Shown here piece by piece: positions 30,079-39,773 of a stretch of 64,000 nucleotides of DNA. A program made the translations under genes and the position numbers. The DNA is taken from positions 1 through 64,000 of the forward strand of contig JBGAIN010000025.1 in NCBI GenBank assembly GCA_044225505.1, in the 5' to 3' direction. The DNA is from Limisphaerales bacterium (GTDB taxonomy: Bacteria; Verrucomicrobiota; Verrucomicrobiia; Limisphaerales; SIBE01). Position 1 is the first letter of the stretch. Each line of letters starts with the position of its first letter. Under the pieces are notes generated by a model. That model saw nothing but the letters and a program-made list of their open reading frames with translations. It was not told where the DNA came from and made no database searches.

Positions 30079-32685
30079 ATGGCTCGGAAAGAAGCGTCCG
30101 GCGAGACCGAAGCTCGCGGCTGGAACGAGATCATCGGGATTATCATGGTCGCAGTCGGATTGCTGCTCGTAGCGTCGCTATTCTCTTACGATCGCAACGA
30201 TTTGGCGTCCAACCGCGTTCCACCCAATGCGCAGGCCCATAATTGGATCGGGCCCATCGGCGCTCATTTGGCGTCGGCACTTTTCACGATCGCGGGTGCC
30301 GCATCTTTTTTGGTGCCGGTATTTCTTTTCATGTTTGGCTTGGCGGGTTTTTTTGAATCCTTGGCCTATCTGCGCCGACGTTGGCTTTGGGCTCTCTTGC
30401 TCTTGCTCATCTGCATGGGGACGTTGGACCTCTATTCCGACGATTTGAATCTGAATATCAACGTTGATTCCGGTCGGGCGGGCGGCGTGTTGGGGATGGC
30501 TATGAACAAGGTGCTGTTCAACCATTTTGGGCGGGTCGGTGCGACGATCATCTTCGTGACTTGCTACCTTTTGAGTTTGATATCTTTGACCAACCTCGAA
30601 CTTGGAAACTGGTTGAAGGGGGTTTGGCAGCGCCGCCGGAATTTGATTCCCGAAGAACCGAGCGATATGAGTGCAGAGGAAAAGGCGTTGGCGAGGCGGG
30701 CCAAAGAATTGGAAAAACAAGCCCGTCAACTCCAAGAGCAGGTTGATAAATCCGCCATAGGAGCAGACTTAAAGCCTGTGCCGGAGCCAACTGTCCGTGA
30801 TTTGAGCGTGCCGCAAGCTCGGCCTAAGGAGCCTGGGAAGCCGGAACCGGCCCGGGCTGTGGAGGAGCCCAAGGTTGAAGAGGTCATCACGGCTCGCGAA
30901 ATCGCTGCTGCTAGCAGTCGCGACGTTCTCGGAAAACCCGGTGTGCCGAAGAACGGAGCGGACCATCCGGCAGCGCCGGACGTCGACAAAATTCTCCCGG
31001 ACGAACGCTTGCCTGTTGTGGGGGAGCCATTATCTCCTGGCGTTCCGAAGCCCAAACTGGTCCCACGCAAGAAGCCCATCACAGTGGCGGCGACTCCCAT
31101 GATTGGGAATTACGAGTTGCCAAAAATGAACCTTTTGAACCTCCCGGACGCGTCAGTGAAGCCGACCGAGTCCAAGGAGGATCTCGTAGCGAACGCCAGG
31201 CTGATGCAGGGGACATTGGCTCAGTTTGATATCGAGGTATCGCTTGGTGACATCACCAAAGGTCCGACGATTACTCGCTACGAGCTCCATCCTTCTCCAG
31301 GGGTTCGCCTCGAACGAATTACAGCGCTGAGCAACAACATTGCCGCCGCGCTCAAGGCGGAACGTATTCATATCTTGGCTCCCGTTCCTGGCAAGAGCTC
31401 CGTCGGGGTAGAGGTGCCCAACTTGATCAAGACCAAGGTTATCATGCGGGACCTGCTCGAGTCCGAAGAATGGGTAAATACGAAAGCCCGTATTCCCCTC
31501 GCCTTGGGAAAGGACGTCTACGGACATCCCATTATCGCGGACCTCGCGGAAATGCCGCACTTGTTGATCGCTGGCAGCACCGGGTCGGGCAAGTCCGTTT
31601 GTATCAACGCAATTATAGCTTCCCTACTCTATCGCTTTCCCCCAGATCAGCTTCGTTTTGTGATGATCGATCCAAAGGTGGTCGAATTGCAGCTTTACAA
31701 CTCCTTGCCCCATCTTGTGGTTCCAGTAGTGAACGATCCTAAGAAGGTCATTCTTGCCTTGCGCTGGGTCGTGAATGAGATGGAAAAGCGTTATCAGATT
31801 TTTGCTCGCGTTGGGGTTCGAAATATCAAGTCTTTCAATGAGCGTCCGAAGAACACGACGTTACCCGCCCGAGAGCCCGAGCTGCCGCTCATGGCCAAAA
31901 AGGAAAAAGTGGAAGCTGGAGCGGAAGGATTCGCGGTTGAATTGGATGAGGAAATCGTCGTTCCCCGCGATGAGGACATTGTCATTCCGGAACGTCTCAG
32001 CTACGTCGTTGTCATTATTGATGAATTGGCCGATCTGATGCTTGTTGCCCCGGCTGACGTCGAAATGGCCATTGCACGGATCACGCAAATGGCACGTGCG
32101 GCGGGAATTCACTGTATCGTGGCCACCCAGCGACCTAGCGTTGACGTTATCACCGGGGTAATCAAAGCCAATATACCGGCCCGTATCGCTTTCCAAGTGG
32201 CGGCCAAAGTCGATTCCCGGACGATTTTGGACGCGATGGGTGCGGACAAACTCCTTGGCAAGGGGGACATGCTCTATTTGCCACCTGGCTCGGCGAAATT
32301 AATTCGAGCTCAGGGAGCGTTGATTACCGACCAGGAAATCCAGGGGATTGTCGACGTTATCGCCAAACAGGGCAAACCGAGCTATGAAATGGAAATCCAC
32401 CAGCAACTTTCCAAGCCGACCTCCAGCATGGAAGAGGGGAGTGGGTGTGACGAAGACGAAGAGCTTATCCAGCAGTGCATCGAAGTCATTCGAAGCGAAC
32501 AAAAAGCCAGTGTCTCCTTAATGCAGCGCCGGTTGCGTCTGGGTTACACGCGAGCGGCCCGCATTATGGACGAGTTGGAAAACCGCGGGATTGTAGGCCC
32601 AAGCAAAGGGGCGGAACCGCGTGACATTTTAATCGACCTCGATGGCACTGGCGCCGACGGGCAAGGGCAATCCTCGCCCGCTTGA
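30079..32685 (+). CDS. ftsK: DNA translocase FtsK
   Basis: N-terminal TM domain, MPHLLIAGSTGSGKS, IDPKVVEL, IDELADLM, ATQRPSVDVITG, and the gamma domain QRRLRLGYTRAARIMD. Confidence 0.96.
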   Translation: MARKEASGETEARGWNEIIGIIMVAVGLLLVASLFSYDRNDLASNRVPPNAQAHNWIGPIGAHLASALFTIAGAASFLVPVFLFMFGLAGFFESLAYLRRRWLWALLLLLICMGTLDLYSDDLNLNINVDSGRAGGVLGMAMNKVLFNHFGRVGATIIFVTCYLLSLISLTNLELGNWLKGVWQRRRNLIPEEPSDMSAEEKALARRAKELEKQARQLQEQVDKSAIGADLKPVPEPTVRDLSVPQARPKEPGKPEPARAVEEPKVEEVITAREIAAASSRDVLGKPGVPKNGADHPAAPDVDKILPDERLPVVGEPLSPGVPKPKLVPRKKPITVAATPMIGNYELPKMNLLNLPDASVKPTESKEDLVANARLMQGTLAQFDIEVSLGDITKGPTITRYELHPSPGVRLERITALSNNIAAALKAERIHILAPVPGKSSVGVEVPNLIKTKVIMRDLLESEEWVNTKARIPLALGKDVYGHPIIADLAEMPHLLIAGSTGSGKSVCINAIIASLLYRFPPDQLRFVMIDPKVVELQLYNSLPHLVVPVVNDPKKVILALRWVVNEMEKRYQIFARVGVRNIKSFNERPKNTTLPAREPELPLMAKKEKVEAGAEGFAVELDEEIVVPRDEDIVIPERLSYVVVIIDELADLMLVAPADVEMAIARITQMARAAGIHCIVATQRPSVDVITGVIKANIPARIAFQVAAKVDSRTILDAMGADKLLGKGDMLYLPPGSAKLIRAQGALITDQEIQGIVDVIAKQGKPSYEMEIHQQLSKPTSSMEEGSGCDEDEELIQQCIEVIRSEQKASVSLMQRRLRLGYTRAARIMDELENRGIVGPSKGAEPRDILIDLDGTGADGQGQSSPA

Positions 32686-32759
32686 TCTGGGCTATTACCC
32701 ATCCGAAGTCCGGGGGCTTACCCCAGCCCAATCCATGTCGGAGTAACCACTGGCGCTAA

Positions 32760-33629
32760 TCAGTACCGCTCCAAGAGCTCGTAATCGACCAGCGCGTAGG
32801 GGGTTTGGCTCCGTTCGGCGCGCGGACAATCGAAGGGTTCTGGGAAAATGATGTGGTCCGGCTTCATATCAATGACGCGAAACCGGTCCTGCGCCAGGTC
32901 TGCAATGGCGCGCAAAGTGGTTTGCTGCAGAAATCCCTCCTGTCGATTGCCACATAAACCCAGAGCGCGGCTGGCCTGGATGGCGTTCAATCCGTCGATC
33001 CAACCGTAGAGCAGCAAATAAGGTCGATCAATCTCGAGTCTTGCCTCGGGATGACGAGCTTGCTTGGTTGCGAACTTGGATTCGTTTCGGCCGAGCTGCC
33101 ACAGTGCTAACCGTTGGGCTGGGGCATAAATCGCAAGCGGCCGTGTTGTGTAGAATAGCGGCTTGGCGTGAGCCTCGTAGGCCTGACGCAGCTCCATGAC
33201 CACCGCGAACTCTTCAAACGGTGTGTTAAACTCGACGTTCGGGTATCGACAAAGGGTGGCCTCGTCGACCGGAACTTGCTGGCCAACCCGGCTGAACCGC
33301 ACGACCAAATCGACGCTAAAACGTCCCAACGGCATGGTCGGCACTTTGAAAATTGCGCTCGTGCCTGGCAGCCTTTCCCGGTGCGACGCAAACCAGTGCG
33401 GTTCGTACCAGTTTGAGGGAGCTAGATGCTCTGCGATCTCCTGCCCAAACTGCGTCAGGTAAAGTTCCCCCCCATCGGACAGTCGAATGTGGCGATAATT
33501 CACACCCAATATGGTGAGGGAGTCTCCCCGTTCGCCGGATTCAGCAGCCGCATTCTCGCTTCCCGGCGGCGCGCCAATCCGAAGTGTGGCACCGCTGATC
33601 AGCGGCTCGCTTAACGTATTAGTGTTCAT
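32760..33629 (-). CDS. Hypothetical protein with protein-kinase-like motifs
   Basis: LPGTSAIFKV, VIDMKPDHII (catalytic-loop-like), ALVDYELL (DFG-like). Confidence 0.6.
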   Translation of the reverse strand: MNTNTLSEPLISGATLRIGAPPGSENAAAESGERGDSLTILGVNYRHIRLSDGGELYLTQFGQEIAEHLAPSNWYEPHWFASHRERLPGTSAIFKVPTMPLGRFSVDLVVRFSRVGQQVPVDEATLCRYPNVEFNTPFEEFAVVMELRQAYEAHAKPLFYTTRPLAIYAPAQRLALWQLGRNESKFATKQARHPEARLEIDRPYLLLYGWIDGLNAIQASRALGLCGNRQEGFLQQTTLRAIADLAQDRFRVIDMKPDHIIFPEPFDCPRAERSQTPYALVDYELLERY

Positions 33630-34064
33630 CACCGAATGCTCTACGGAACCGCGGCAAACTAAGGTCCCGTGATTGAGGCGTCCAATTCAATTTTCGAGTG
33701 CATCGGGATCCTGGATAGCCGGTTCATCCGCTCTGCTCCTGCGCGTAAAGGCCGAAGATCACTGCGGCAGGGTCAACACAGATTACGGACGCAGCTCCAA
33801 AGCGTCCTTACCGCGCCGGTTGAGGCGGGCCTCAGAAAACGGTTTCTGCGACGCCATGGTCGATTGCCGAAGCGACGTCACCAACGGTTGCGAGCACCGG
33901 ATCTAAGGCTCTCTCCGAACGAGCGTCAGCAACAACAATCGAAAATCAACTTCAGATGGGGAATGATTGGGTACCCTTGATCCCAAGTAGAGCGAGCTCA
34001 AGCTAAGCGAACTACGATACGGGGAAATGCGACTCCCGAGCTCAAGTGAGCGCGTCCCGGGCGC

Positions 34065-34391
34065 TCAGAACGATCGGCCGTAGGGACGGTGTGCAGCTTT
34101 CGTTGCGGCGGGATTTCGGCGCCCAGACCGACGGCCTCTCTGCCGAGCATTTTGCTCTGCTGGCCGTTCCTGAGGGTGGGCGTTGCCTTTAGCCTTTCGA
34201 GAAAAGGCGAATTGTTGGTCCCCGCTGCAGCGAGCGAAAGCCAGGTTGTAGGCTTGAGCGAATTCGATTGCTCCACGGAGCTTAATGGTCAAGTCGCGTC
34301 CGGTGAATATTTCGTCAAACTGAATGCGGTTTAGAGGGCATATGCCTCGTTGAGCGCAGTCATCCAGAATCTTTTCTGCGAGTGTGTTCAT
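34065..34391 (-). CDS. Small hypothetical protein
   Basis: The N-terminal part (MNTLAEKILDDCAQRG...AIEFAQAYNLAF) looks protein-like. No family recognised. Confidence 0.4.
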   Translation of the reverse strand: MNTLAEKILDDCAQRGICPLNRIQFDEIFTGRDLTIKLRGAIEFAQAYNLAFARCSGDQQFAFSRKAKGNAHPQERPAEQNARQRGRRSGRRNPAATKAAHRPYGRSF

Positions 34392-34662
34392 AGATTTTTC
34401 TTCAGATAGCGTCAGCTTCCGCTGCAATGACGCAGTCGGCAATGCAAATGTAAGGTTGCTGATTTAAAGCACTTATCGCGCCAATGTCGTGTTTTGCTGG
34501 TAACTCAGACCAGAAATTCTCAATGCGGATGGCCCGAAAGCCTCGCAGGCCGTTCGCCATGTCCTAAATCGCCCACCTTGTGCGAATGGCGGCATTTCCG
34601 CCATAATCTGCCTGCCACATCTCAAGGATCGCGCAGAATTTGCCGGCGCGACACGCCAAAGG

Positions 34663-36735
34663 TCATCCAGCTTTCCTAAGTTCGATCCAAAACACACTCC
34701 CTTCATTCAGGTTCGATTTCAACCCGATATCGCCCCCCATGCGTTCGACCCCTTTTCGAACAATGGAAAGACCTATCCCAGTTCCGGAATAGCGTGGACC
34801 ATGAAGCCGTTCGAAAACTCGAAATACTCGTTCATGGTGCTCTGCGGCGATGCCAAGCCCATTATCCTGGAGGTAGAGTCGAACTTTGCCCTCACGTGTG
34901 CCATCCGCCGCCACTCCACGGTCCTCTGCCCAAAAACGGACTTGGGGTTGAACCCCGGGTGCCACGAACTTCAAGGCGTTGCTCAAAAGGTTTGCCAGAC
35001 ATTGACTTAGCGTCGCCTCGTGCGCTCGGACCACGGGCAAGGAACCAATCGTCTCAATTTGGGCGCCACAGCTTTCCACTTGGGTTGAAACTTGAAACTG
35101 CGCGACGTTCCAGGCCTTGAGCACTTCAACCGGAGTCAGTTCCATTTCTGCTCGAGCGGTTCGGCCAAAAGCGAGTAGGTCCAGAAGGAGTTGGTCCATG
35201 AACTTCGCCGAAGCTCCGATGCGCTGCAATAGAGTCTTCCCGGTGTCATCCAGACGGTCGATATAGTCTTCGAGGAGCAGATGAGAAAACCCAGTCATGG
35301 ACCGAAGCGGCGCTCGCAAATCGTGGGCTATGGAATAAACAAAAGCTTCCAGGTGCTCTTTGGTCGCATTCAGATCCGCCGTGCGCTCGGTCACTCGGGC
35401 TTCTAACTCGCTTGCGTACTGGCGAAGCTGCGCTTCGGCTTTCCTAAGATCCTCTTCAGCCTGTTTCCGTTCAGTGACATCTCGAAAAACAGACACTTCT
35501 CCGACCGTTTTGCCTCGGGCGTCACGAATGGGGCTAACATTACCTTCAATGGATCGTCTCGTTCCGTCCTGGGTTAAAAGCTGCGCAGAGCCCCCTCCAA
35601 CGAAAGCCTTGCTGTCGTCTACGCCGGAGCGACTGGAGTTCCGTTCGACGAAGTGGAACACGCGACTTAGGGGTTGGCCGAGCGCTTGATCACTTCGCCA
35701 TCCGGTCAGGGATTCCCCAGTGAAGTTCATGAATGTCACCCGCCCTTCCGTGTCCGAGGTAATCACTCCATCACCAACGCTGGCCAGGGTTGTTCGCCAG
35801 AGTTGTTGTCCTTCCTGAATCCGCAGTTCGTGCGATCGAACCTTCTCCGCGGCCCACCACAAGAGGCAGACGAGCAACCCCACCTCGACCAGAGTCCGAA
35901 GAGCTGTCCCAAAAGCCGTATCGACCCATTGATTTTGCTGGATGTAAATCCGAATCCAACCCAATCCGAGCGGAACAAGCGTGACCAGGGGGAGGGCGCG
36001 TCGCATTAGGATTCCGCCGGCGCCTGGGTCGAGCAGCGTCCGCATGGGCTGTTGTTCCGGATGGCTAGCGACAATTCCGAGTCCCAGAGCGAAGATCATC
36101 GATGCAGTTTGAACAGCGATGCCCGTGAGCCTTGGCAGGGCATACATTTGGTCTGCTCCGTAGAGGTAACCGGTCAGAGAAAGCGAGGCAATGCCGGCAG
36201 CTCCGAGACCGAGCACGGCACTAATCCGCCGGGCTGTCCGGCGACGGTCTCCCGCCGCCAGGGCGGCGCCAAGGAGAAGAAAAGACGTCGACGCTGGGAG
36301 CCCCATCCGGCCGGGGGCGGTCGTGGCCCGTCGTCCGGGTGGCTCGTCGAAAAGCATCGTATCGATGCCTAGATTCCAACCTGTTAAGTGTTCTAGCAGT
36401 GTCAAACCTCCGATAAGGCCCACGAGTGCCCCCAGCACCCGGGTCGCTGGATGGGAAGACCGGCGCAACGCCTGGGTGAGCAGTGCTGCTCCGCCCGCGG
36501 CAGCGGCCACCGCGGTATTTGCTTTCATAGCGATCTGGTTGTCGAACCAGTCAGTGAGGCGATAGATGCCGGTTCCCCAGCCAACCACGGCCAGTAATCC
36601 TCCAACCAACGCGTAAATGGCAAAGGCGGCGACGACCGACTGCAATAATTGGGCGTGACGATTCGGCGAGCCATAAGCCGGGAATGAGGCGAACGCTTGG
36701 CCGTGCGTCACAGGATCTGTTGTTCGGTCAGTCAT
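34663..36735 (-). CDS. Membrane-bound PAS sensor histidine kinase
   Basis: N-terminal TM segments, PAS (TLASVGDGVI...FRDVTE), H-box AHDLRAPL, NLLSNALKF, DNGLGI, GTGIGL. Confidence 0.93.
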   Translation of the reverse strand: MTDRTTDPVTHGQAFASFPAYGSPNRHAQLLQSVVAAFAIYALVGGLLAVVGWGTGIYRLTDWFDNQIAMKANTAVAAAAGGAALLTQALRRSSHPATRVLGALVGLIGGLTLLEHLTGWNLGIDTMLFDEPPGRRATTAPGRMGLPASTSFLLLGAALAAGDRRRTARRISAVLGLGAAGIASLSLTGYLYGADQMYALPRLTGIAVQTASMIFALGLGIVASHPEQQPMRTLLDPGAGGILMRRALPLVTLVPLGLGWIRIYIQQNQWVDTAFGTALRTLVEVGLLVCLLWWAAEKVRSHELRIQEGQQLWRTTLASVGDGVITSDTEGRVTFMNFTGESLTGWRSDQALGQPLSRVFHFVERNSSRSGVDDSKAFVGGGSAQLLTQDGTRRSIEGNVSPIRDARGKTVGEVSVFRDVTERKQAEEDLRKAEAQLRQYASELEARVTERTADLNATKEHLEAFVYSIAHDLRAPLRSMTGFSHLLLEDYIDRLDDTGKTLLQRIGASAKFMDQLLLDLLAFGRTARAEMELTPVEVLKAWNVAQFQVSTQVESCGAQIETIGSLPVVRAHEATLSQCLANLLSNALKFVAPGVQPQVRFWAEDRGVAADGTREGKVRLYLQDNGLGIAAEHHERVFRVFERLHGPRYSGTGIGLSIVRKGVERMGGDIGLKSNLNEGSVFWIELRKAG

Positions 36736-37118
36736 GAATCGGCCCTTCGTCAAAAGAGCAAGCGAAGCGTGATTTTTACGAGCTGAACGTTCATTAGCAA
36801 GGCACGAGAACGGGTTTCCACTGGAACACCTCTGGCCAGTGACGAGAATTCCCTAACCATGGAAGCCCCAGCGACGGTCAACCACAGGCCTTACTCCCAG
36901 TTCCGAAAACGTTCCCACCGCTGGAGACCCGAGCATTGACGGAAACTCCTATTTTGGGCGGGCGAACTGCCGCAATACGATCGGCTCCCCGTCTTGCCCT
37001 GAATTCACCCTGCGGATTCCTGATTTGCGATAGCGGCATTGTAATTCACCGCGGAACAGGATACAGGAAAGCGTGCTTGAGGTTCGTCAACGCAGCGGAC
37101 AGAAGGAGACATTTTAGA

Positions 37119-38243
37119 ATGATTGCCACCCAAATTCGCCAAAAAGACGCTGTATTCTACTTCGTATCTTATCCCTCTGAACACCTGCTGAAGCGGGTTC
37201 GGTTTATCAGTCGTTTTTACGACGAAGAGGCTGGATCCATCCCAGCCGAGGCGGTTCCAGAGCAAGATGACGTGGCCCAGTTCATTGCCCGGATCGAACG
37301 CACCGAAAAGGCCTTCCAGCGACAACTTTCCCAATCCAAAGTGCGATCGATCCGCAATTTTTACGAGACGGCCATTACCCAGCCGCCCATTCCTGGAACC
37401 GTCCTCTTGTTTACGCCGCACAAGCTTCATTTCGACGCCTGGACCGATAACAGCGGGGTCGGTCGATTGCACGAGTCGGAGGACAAATACCTCATTATCG
37501 ATGGCCAGCACCGTTTGGCCGCCCTCCAATTTTACGAGCGTACTCATCCAGATGACGCCAGGAACATCAACGTCCCTTGCATTCTATTCGACGGACGAAG
37601 CGAAGACTTTGCCGCCGAGATGTTTGTCATTATCAATTCCACGCCCACGCGGATTAATAAGAGCCACTTGATCGACCTCTACGAACGGGTTTCCTGGACC
37701 GAACCGGACCGGCGCTTCACCGCTCACATCGTAGAGGCGTTATATCGCGAAGCTGACAGCCCATTGCGCTACCGCATCAATCGCCTCGGCGGACGCAGCC
37801 AACAAGAGAAATGGATCCTTCAAGCCGAAGTTTTCAACGAAATCCATCGTTGGGTGAAACAGGCTTGGGCGAAAATCGAGGGTGAGGGGACAGACAAGAA
37901 TAACGCAGTTCGCTACTACGGTATGGTCCGCGACTTCTTCAAAGCCTCCGCCAAGGTCTGGGGCGAGGCGTGGGGCGATCGGGACTATATGATCACCAAA
38001 CCGGTAACTCTTAAAGCATTAATCCGAGTCTGCGCCGATCTGACCGCGCATGACCATGGCGGGGAAGAGGATCGCATTGAACGTTGGCGCCAGCGTTTAT
38101 TGCCCTGGAGCGAACAGGTGCGCACTTTCCGCAACGAAGGGTTCTACGAGCGGTTCCCCGCCAAGGGCCAGGTCGAGCGCGTGGCTCGCATTCACCGCGA
38201 CTTGGCCAAGGCCGCGGGCATCCCTCTGCGTGGACGAAAATAA
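37119..38243 (+). CDS. DGQHR domain protein (DndB-like, ParB/Srx superfamily)
   Basis: FQRQL, IIDGQHRLAAL, EMFVIINS. The ATG at 37119 has an AAGGAG ribosome-binding site. Confidence 0.9.
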   Translation: MIATQIRQKDAVFYFVSYPSEHLLKRVRFISRFYDEEAGSIPAEAVPEQDDVAQFIARIERTEKAFQRQLSQSKVRSIRNFYETAITQPPIPGTVLLFTPHKLHFDAWTDNSGVGRLHESEDKYLIIDGQHRLAALQFYERTHPDDARNINVPCILFDGRSEDFAAEMFVIINSTPTRINKSHLIDLYERVSWTEPDRRFTAHIVEALYREADSPLRYRINRLGGRSQQEKWILQAEVFNEIHRWVKQAWAKIEGEGTDKNNAVRYYGMVRDFFKASAKVWGEAWGDRDYMITKPVTLKALIRVCADLTAHDHGGEEDRIERWRQRLLPWSEQVRTFRNEGFYERFPAKGQVERVARIHRDLAKAAGIPLRGRK

Positions 38244-38391
38244 CTATGACTTAGAGTCTTCGGACGATTCCAGGCAGGAATTGGACGGCCTTTGCGGCCA
38301 TTCATCTGGCCGAGTTTCCATCGCTATCCAGCACCTGCAGTTCGCCCCAACCGAGGGCTCGGACTCCCGGCTCGATCATGGCCCGGTCGGA

Positions 38392-38850
38392 TCAATCCTT
38401 CCAACCGGTCAACAGGCCTCGAGTAAAGTAAAGATGTTGCACGTCTTTCCGACGCTGCAAGATCCACTCTTCCTGCTGGGTCTGGGACGACGTTGTTTCT
38501 CTTTTAACCACGGTCCACAACGCGGCGACCCCGGTGTCACGATACGGCGCGATTCGAGCATCTGTGGTATAAGCCCACAAAGAGTAGCTCGCGATGACAT
38601 CCCAGGTCGTCATGCCGACCTTGAGCCCTTCCTTGAGAATGGCCTTACGGATCGCGGCGTTGGCCGGTGCATAATCCGTCAGGTAACGCTGGCGGACGGC
38701 CAGCCGCAATGAGGCCTCTTCGCGCTCGCGTTGGTCAGCGCGTTGCGTCTGAGCGCGCTGCTTGCGTTCTGCGACGGCTTCCGTCGACTCCGGTTGTTTT
38801 GGAGCAGCGCAACCACAAAGGATCACGACACAGAATAAGGCGAGTCTCAC
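38392..38850 (-). CDS. Hypothetical lipoprotein
   Basis: Lipobox-like ILCGC. The LKVGMT...EEWI...LYFTRGLLTGW pattern is reminiscent of BamE/SmpA-like small domains. Confidence 0.7.
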   Translation of the reverse strand: MRLALFCVVILCGCAAPKQPESTEAVAERKQRAQTQRADQREREEASLRLAVRQRYLTDYAPANAAIRKAILKEGLKVGMTTWDVIASYSLWAYTTDARIAPYRDTGVAALWTVVKRETTSSQTQQEEWILQRRKDVQHLYFTRGLLTGWKD

Positions 38851-39128
38851 CAGGGTAGTGAATCAGTCGCCGCCTTCCTTTGCAAGCTGTCGGTCGGACA
38901 ATTCATGGCAAACTCTGATCTCCAACTCGCTCACTGGCTGTTCGGTGCCAGCCGTTCGACGCACCACCGCTGACTTGGCGCACCCGCTCCTCAAACGGTT
39001 CAAGTTCCAGCGGGTCCACCAGTGTTTGGAGTCACCTTCATCACTGAGGCACGAAGCCACGGGCTTTCGCAAAGAGGGTCCGTAAAACTCGTTGCCTCAG
39101 CGGCAATTTCATGAGATGAGACATCCTC

Positions 39129-39773
39129 ATGGGAATACCCGGTCGAACTTGGGCCGTTCATCGGTGGGATGCTGCTTGGCGGTGGAGCGTTCTTCTGTGT
39201 GGAATACGTCTGCTAACCGCTAACCTCGATGCCGAGACCGTCGACACTGGGTTCCTCTCTCCACAAGCGGTCGCGCGTAAAGTCATCCTTCCTCTCTATG
39301 CGAAAGGAGAAGCTGAGCCAGCCATCGTCGTGCGGGCGTCACGTGTCTCCCGTGAGTTTCAACGACACGGTTTCTTCCGGTTGGGCCTCGCGCCACAAAC
39401 GGTCATGATCGATCTTAGCATTGAGGTCCGCGACGCGCCGCGAGCCCGGGAACTCCTGCGCGACGTGGTGTCGCGAGTTTCTTCTGAAAGCGGCAAAGGT
39501 CCTGTGTTGGTGCGCGGGATTGCGATATGCCTGCCGGGACAATCCGGGCCCGTAGTGAAAGCTTCCGGGCTCGATTTTGCTTCGGGCGTCTGGCGGCTAC
39601 GCGCGGGGACGCTCACCTTGTCGGGAAAGGATTCCACCGAATTTTCCGACGCCATTCTCAACGTCACAGGACCAAATGTCGGAAGACTCACATTGGCGGC
39701 TGACGTTGGCCCGAGGGTCATCGATCTTTTTGAAATCACTCCGAGTCATCTCAGTCTTAAATCACTGCCATGA
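39129..39773 (+). CDS. Hypothetical exported beta-rich protein
   Basis: Signal-like N-terminus. The stop codon overlaps the next start (ATGA). Confidence 0.65.
   Translation: MGIPGRTWAVHRWDAAWRWSVLLCGIRLLTANLDAETVDTGFLSPQAVARKVILPLYAKGEAEPAIVVRASRVSREFQRHGFFRLGLAPQTVMIDLSIEVRDAPRARELLRDVVSRVSSESGKGPVLVRGIAICLPGQSGPVVKASGLDFASGVWRLRAGTLTLSGKDSTEFSDAILNVTGPNVGRLTLAADVGPRVIDLFEITPSHLSLKSLP

Noticed and set aside
37119..38243. Dnd phosphorothioation system
   Set aside because: Only the DGQHR gene is present. There are no dndA/C/D/E, pbe or ssp genes in the window.
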